Shown here: in pieces, positions 60,188 through 64,000 of the stretch
Position numbering within the stretch: position 1 is the first letter of the stretch
Layout of the letters: every line of letters begins with the position of its first letter
Origin: Nitrososphaerota archaeon
GTDB taxonomy: Archaea > Thermoproteota > Nitrososphaeria > Nitrososphaerales > JACQRY01
DNA length: 64,000 nucleotides
Direction: 5' to 3'
NCBI GenBank assembly: GCA_016184315.1
Contig: JACPCU010000021.1
Coordinates: 10,050 to 74,049 of the forward strand
Position numbers and translations under genes: made by a program
Notes under the pieces: generated by a model
Told to the model about the DNA's origin: nothing
The model's input: only the letters and a program-made list of their open reading frames with translations
The model's database searches: none

Positions 60188-62302
60188 CTATCCTAGGGTT
60201 CTGCTCTGTAGAAACCTAGAGTATCTGACCATGGCGTCTATAGCCTTCATGGCTTTCAAAGGGGTGCCGTAGACAGGAACCTTGTTCTCCAACAGTAGGC
60301 GACGGGACTCTTCTGCGTACTGCTTTGAGGTCATCCAGCACGCCACGATAGTCTTGCCCTTAGATCTGAACATCTCAGCTGACTTCACAATGGACTTCGC
60401 GGCCTTCACTGCTCCTCCTACTCTCAGCATCAGGAATATGTCTCCTTCCTCGATGACTTCATCCATCACTCTCTCAAAGATAGTCGGGTCGCCTAGGGCT
60501 TGACCAGTCAGATCCATAGGGTTTCTCAGAGCCGCGAACTCTGGTAGAATCTTGCTGAGCCTCTCTACGCACCCCTTTGACAGCTCCGGAAGCACTATGC
60601 CTCTCTCATGACACCAGTCAGCCAACATGGTGTTTGCGCCACCTGAAGAGGAAATGACGACTAGCCTCTCACCTTTGGGCACAGGTTGAAGAGTGAAGGC
60701 TTGGAGGTAATCCATGATTTCTTCCAGGTCCTCGGCTTCGACGACTCCGAGCTGGTTGAAGAGGGCGCGGTAAGCTTCATAGGAGCCTGTCATGGCCCCC
60801 GTGTGGAACCTTGCAGCCATGGCTCCTTTCTCCGATCTGCCTGCCTTGACGACGATCAACGGCTTCTTCGCTTCGATCAGTGACTCGATGGCTCTTGCAA
60901 GCTTCGGCCCGTGTTTCACTCCCTCCAAGAAGGCGCCGACTGCCTTTGTCTTAGAATCTGATGCGAAGAAACGCAGGTAGTCTGATAAGCCTAGGTCTGC
61001 TTCGTTAGCAGATGACACAGCCCGGCTTACGCCGTATCCCTGATCCGCTAGGTTGCTGAGAAGATAGATCATTATGCCCCCGCTTTGAGTTACGATTGCT
61101 CCTTCTCCACTGGGGAGACGCTGGAAGAAGTCGAGGGTAGGGCTGAAGGTGGCGCAGCTGTTGTTTGAGGGGGAAACCGCGCCCTCGGTATTGGGGCCGC
61201 ATAGACGCATCCCGTGTCTTCTGGCAATCTCCCTTAGCTTCTCTTGGGCTTCGCGTTTACCTGCCTCTTCAAACCCTGATGAGAAGATGATGGCTGCTCT
61301 GACGCCCTTCTCTCCAGCCTCCTCCAAAACCTTCTCCACTAGTTGAGGAGGAACCACTATGCAAGCCAAGTCGACGCGTGTCGTTATTTCGCCGATGCTT
61401 CGATAGCAGGGTAGGCCAATGATGTTGCTTCGATTGGGGTTGACGGGGTAGATCTTTTCCCGCGGGAAGCCGAATTTTAGGAGCCTAGGGATCACCATTC
61501 CAGCTATCTTCTCAGTGTTCTCGGATGCCCCGATGACAGCTATGCTCTCAGGCTCAAACAGAGGTGTGACTTCCTCGGGCTTGGCTAGAGGCTCATCTCT
61601 TACTTCCACGGGTTTTCCGACGAGGATCCTAGCATCCACTGCGGCAAGCCCCTGCGAAGAATCAGGGATTACAGGGTTGAGATCGACGCCCAGTATAGAC
61701 GGGTTTTCCAGCATCATTTGGCCCAAGTTCTTCAGCATCTGTATCAACGCCTGCTTGTCTACCAGGGCTCCTCCTCGGTAGCCGTCTAGGAGTCTGTTGC
61801 CCTTTATCCTGCTTAACATAGCTTCGAGGTCCCGGTCTCTCCAGGGATGAACACACATAGAGACATCCTTGTAGATCTCAGTCCAGATGCCTCCTAGGCC
61901 GAAGAGAAGCACGGGTCCGAAGGTTTCATCCCGCTTAGCACCCAAGATGAGCTCAGGGGATCCTCTCAACATCTTCTGAACTAGGACACCGGTCAGTTTT
62001 GCTGAAGGAAGATGGGTGGTAATGGATTGGAATTCTCCGAAGATTTTCTTGGCGTCTTCTTCGCTTACTACTCCTAGCTTTACTCCTCCGGCGTCAGACT
62101 TGTGTGATATCTCCTCGCTGACCAGTTTCAGGGCCACTGGGGGACCGATTTCCCGTGTCAGCTTTGAGGCTTCATCTGGACTATGGGCTAGGCCTTGTGG
62201 AGGAACCTTTACGCCGTATTTCGAGAGGAGTTGCTCTGCTTCGACGGGGTTGAGGAGACTTCTGCCTGACTCTGCGGCTGCCCTAACCGGGTCCTGTGTC
62301 AA
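60188..62302 (-). CDS. ADP-forming acyl/acetyl-CoA synthetase, fused, with the ATP-grasp (beta) domain N-terminal to the CoA-binding/ligase (alpha) domains
   Basis: 704 aa. The N-terminal ~230 aa are ATP-grasp (LNPVEAEQLLSKYGVKVPP...KSDAGGVKLGV). Then PESIAVIGASENTEKIAG (CoA_binding), GMRLCGPNTEG, and the phosphohistidine-loop-like AARFHTGAMTGS. Confidence 0.8.
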   Translation of the reverse strand: MTQDPVRAAAESGRSLLNPVEAEQLLSKYGVKVPPQGLAHSPDEASKLTREIGPPVALKLVSEEISHKSDAGGVKLGVVSEEDAKKIFGEFQSITTHLPSAKLTGVLVQKMLRGSPELILGAKRDETFGPVLLFGLGGIWTEIYKDVSMCVHPWRDRDLEAMLSRIKGNRLLDGYRGGALVDKQALIQMLKNLGQMMLENPSILGVDLNPVIPDSSQGLAAVDARILVGKPVEVRDEPLAKPEEVTPLFEPESIAVIGASENTEKIAGMVIPRLLKFGFPREKIYPVNPNRSNIIGLPCYRSIGEITTRVDLACIVVPPQLVEKVLEEAGEKGVRAAIIFSSGFEEAGKREAQEKLREIARRHGMRLCGPNTEGAVSPSNNSCATFSPTLDFFQRLPSGEGAIVTQSGGIMIYLLSNLADQGYGVSRAVSSANEADLGLSDYLRFFASDSKTKAVGAFLEGVKHGPKLARAIESLIEAKKPLIVVKAGRSEKGAMAARFHTGAMTGSYEAYRALFNQLGVVEAEDLEEIMDYLQAFTLQPVPKGERLVVISSSGGANTMLADWCHERGIVLPELSKGCVERLSKILPEFAALRNPMDLTGQALGDPTIFERVMDEVIEEGDIFLMLRVGGAVKAAKSIVKSAEMFRSKGKTIVACWMTSKQYAEESRRLLLENKVPVYGTPLKAMKAIDAMVRYSRFLQSRTLG

Positions 62303-62304
62303 GC

Positions 62305-63087
62305 CTATCTGCCCTTGAACTTAGGCTCACGTTTCTCTAGGAAGGCTGCTGTGCCTTCCTGCTTATCATCAGTGTAGTGGATTATGGTGCTGGCCTCCTT
62401 CTCATAGGCTAATCCAGTGGTGATGTCTGAGTCGAGGCCTCTGTCTATGGCAGCCTTGGATAACATTAGTGCGACAGGGCCGTTCTTCGCAATGGTTATT
62501 GCTAGATCCTCCGCTGCCTTCATAAGTTCTTCAGCAGAATAGACATGGTTGACTAGGCCGATGCGTTCCGCCTCCTTGGCTTCAACCATCTTGCCTGTGA
62601 AGATCAATTCTTTGGCGAGCCCCGGTCCTACGAGTCGTGGTAATCGCTGTGTCCCGCCTGCGCCTGGAATCAACCCTCTCAAGACTTCAGGTTGTCCCAG
62701 CTTGGCGTTCTCAGAGGCAAGTCTAATGTCGCAGGCCAAAGCCAGTTCGCATCCGCCTCCGACAGCGTATCCGTTTATCGCTGCGATGGTAGGTTTCGGG
62801 TACTGGGCGATGGTGTTGAATGGTTCTGTGCCGCCGAGCTTCACTGTTCTCCTTGCTTCTAGAGGTGTCCTAGATTTTAGCTCTTTCACGTCGACGCCTG
62901 AGCAGAATGCTCTGCCTGTTCCCGCGAAGATGACTACTCTGATCTCGTCATTGTTTAATGCTTCGTCTAGGGCGGATAGAATCTCCTGCCTCATCTGAAT
63001 GTTGATAGCGTTAAGCACATCAGGTCTATTCAATGTTATGACTGCGAAATTCTGTTCCTTGCGGAACTCTATGAATTGAAAAGACAT
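62305..63087 (-). CDS. Enoyl-CoA hydratase/isomerase (crotonase family)
   Basis: 260 aa. FAGTGRAFCSGVDVKEL, INGYAVGGGCELALACDIRLA, GLIPGAGGTQRLPRLVG. Confidence 0.9.
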   Translation of the reverse strand: MSFQFIEFRKEQNFAVITLNRPDVLNAINIQMRQEILSALDEALNNDEIRVVIFAGTGRAFCSGVDVKELKSRTPLEARRTVKLGGTEPFNTIAQYPKPTIAAINGYAVGGGCELALACDIRLASENAKLGQPEVLRGLIPGAGGTQRLPRLVGPGLAKELIFTGKMVEAKEAERIGLVNHVYSAEELMKAAEDLAITIAKNGPVALMLSKAAIDRGLDSDITTGLAYEKEASTIIHYTDDKQEGTAAFLEKREPKFKGR

Positions 63088-63180
63088 GCTGTTATGAAAC
63101 CTTTTCCAGTATTTACCTCTTTTCTAAGGCGATTCTGCTGCGTTGACTCGGGATAGTTTGGAGTCAACGCAACCGTATCT

Positions 63181-64000
63181 CTAAAGATTGATGATTGAAT
63201 GAATCTTGTCCAATTGGTCTAGATCAAAGCTTATGGGGGCCAACACTAGGACATTCACGCCTGCGTCCCGATACCTGTTGATCAAATCGGAGCATTGTTC
63301 AGGTGCACCAACTGCGTTGAATCCTTCGAGTGTTTCCCGTTTTCTGTTGAAGAACTTGGTAAGGAAGCTTTCAGATTCGTGCCAAGCTTGGTCTTCGTTG
63401 TCAGCGATATGGGAGAAGATTACGTTGGCGAAGCTGAAGTCTTCTAATCTACTTTTGTAGTGCAGTATTACTTCCCGCCTCAACCTGAATTCTTCTGGTG
63501 TTGTGAAGCAGGCTACGTAGCCCTGACTGGTTTCTGCCGCTCTCTTCAAAGAGCTCGTTGAGCGACCGCCCAGCCAGAGAGGTGGATGTGGTTTTTGAAC
63601 TGGTTTCGGGTCCATGCTGACATCTTTGAAACTGTAGTATCTTCCGTGGAAACTCGCTTTGGGCTTAGTCCACGCCGCCTTCAATACGTTTACCGTTTCT
63701 TCCAGTCGCCCTGTTCGCTCAGAGTAGGATTGACTCCAAGCTGACAGCTGCTCTAGTCCTCCTCCTGTTCCCAGTCCTAGGATAAGGCGTCCCGATGATA
63801 GGTAGTCAAGTGTGGATGCTTCCTTAGCCAATACTAAGGGGTTTCTGATTGGTGCTATGAGGATCGATGTGCCGAGTTTGATCCTGTTGGTTGCTGATGC
63901 TACTGCTGAAAGAGTGGTCAAAGACTCAAGCATTCTGTGGGGGAACGCTACGTGGTCAAAGACCCATAGTGAATGGAAGCCTAGTTCATCGGCTTTCCTT
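63181..64000 (-). CDS. LLM class flavin/F420-dependent oxidoreductase (paralogue 3); N-terminus beyond window end
   Basis: ORF track 63181..63933 starts at an internal Met. The frame stays open to 64000 and reads ...KADELGFHSLWVFDHVAFPHRMLESLTTLSAVASATNRIKLGTSILIAPIRNPLVLAKEASTLDYLSSGRLILGLGTGG. Confidence 0.8.
   Translation of the reverse strand, partial: RKADELGFHSLWVFDHVAFPHRMLESLTTLSAVASATNRIKLGTSILIAPIRNPLVLAKEASTLDYLSSGRLILGLGTGGGLEQLSAWSQSYSERTGRLEETVNVLKAAWTKPKASFHGRYYSFKDVSMDPKPVQKPHPPLWLGGRSTSSLKRAAETSQGYVACFTTPEEFRLRREVILHYKSRLEDFSFANVIFSHIADNEDQAWHESESFLTKFFNRKRETLEGFNAVGAPEQCSDLINRYRDAGVNVLVLAPISFDLDQLDKIHSIINL

Noticed and set aside
1-64000. CRISPR arrays, rRNA genes, IS elements/transposases, integrases, prophage genes
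   Set aside because: I found no regularly spaced direct repeats, no rRNA-like sequence, and no DDE, tyrosine or serine recombinase motifs in any listed ORF. The only repeats are the Rhs/YD paralogous blocks.

Overview
This is a dense archaeal chromosomal segment of about 75 genes on both strands.

**Core content (unambiguously archaeal):**
- 25.0-40.9 kb: a long ribosomal-protein operon with archaea/eukaryote-specific members (eS4, eL32, eL19, RNase P protein Rpp29), followed by secY, adkA, a DUF106 gene, cmk and cbf5.
- 6.5-12.5 kb: a replisome cluster with RFC small subunit on one strand and a GINS-like ORF, MCM and Hel308 on the other.
- Elsewhere: RtcB plus archease, HisRS, a four-subunit 2-oxoacid:ferredoxin oxidoreductase, an intron-containing tRNA-Ser(GGA), uL16, MoaA and N-glycan precursor genes.
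- Right-hand end: acyl-CoA and flavin/F420-type redox genes (LLM oxidoreductases, PPOX, thiolase plus DUF35, ADP-forming acyl-CoA synthetase, crotonase).

The taxon cannot be assigned by eye. A TACK/Bathyarchaeia-like origin is only a guess.

**Accessory region (15.96-22.5 kb):** this is the one clearly accessory stretch, a rearranged and partly decayed Rhs/YD-repeat polymorphic-toxin island. It contains:
- two orphan Rhs tips with C-terminal domains I cannot assign, each followed by a candidate immunity gene;
- a YD-repeat core fragment with an embedded LamG-like lectin domain;
- a third, degraded YD fragment;
- an oppositely oriented two-gene cassette (a small DUF5678-like protein plus a retropepsin-like aspartic protease) sitting exactly where the Rhs core breaks off.

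**Other oddities:**
- Just downstream of the island, an SPFH/stomatin gene is broken by two +1 frame shifts.
- A Trm112-like zinc-ribbon relic has tandem in-frame stops.
- An AsnB-like protein lacks the N-terminal Cys nucleophile.
- eL32 carries a K/A-rich N-terminal extension.
- The acyl-CoA synthetase has its domains in beta-alpha order.
- A G7-A-G3-A-G7 tract lies at the island edge.

I recognised no rRNA, CRISPR array, transposase or integrase.

All family calls come from reading motifs by eye. No database search was run.
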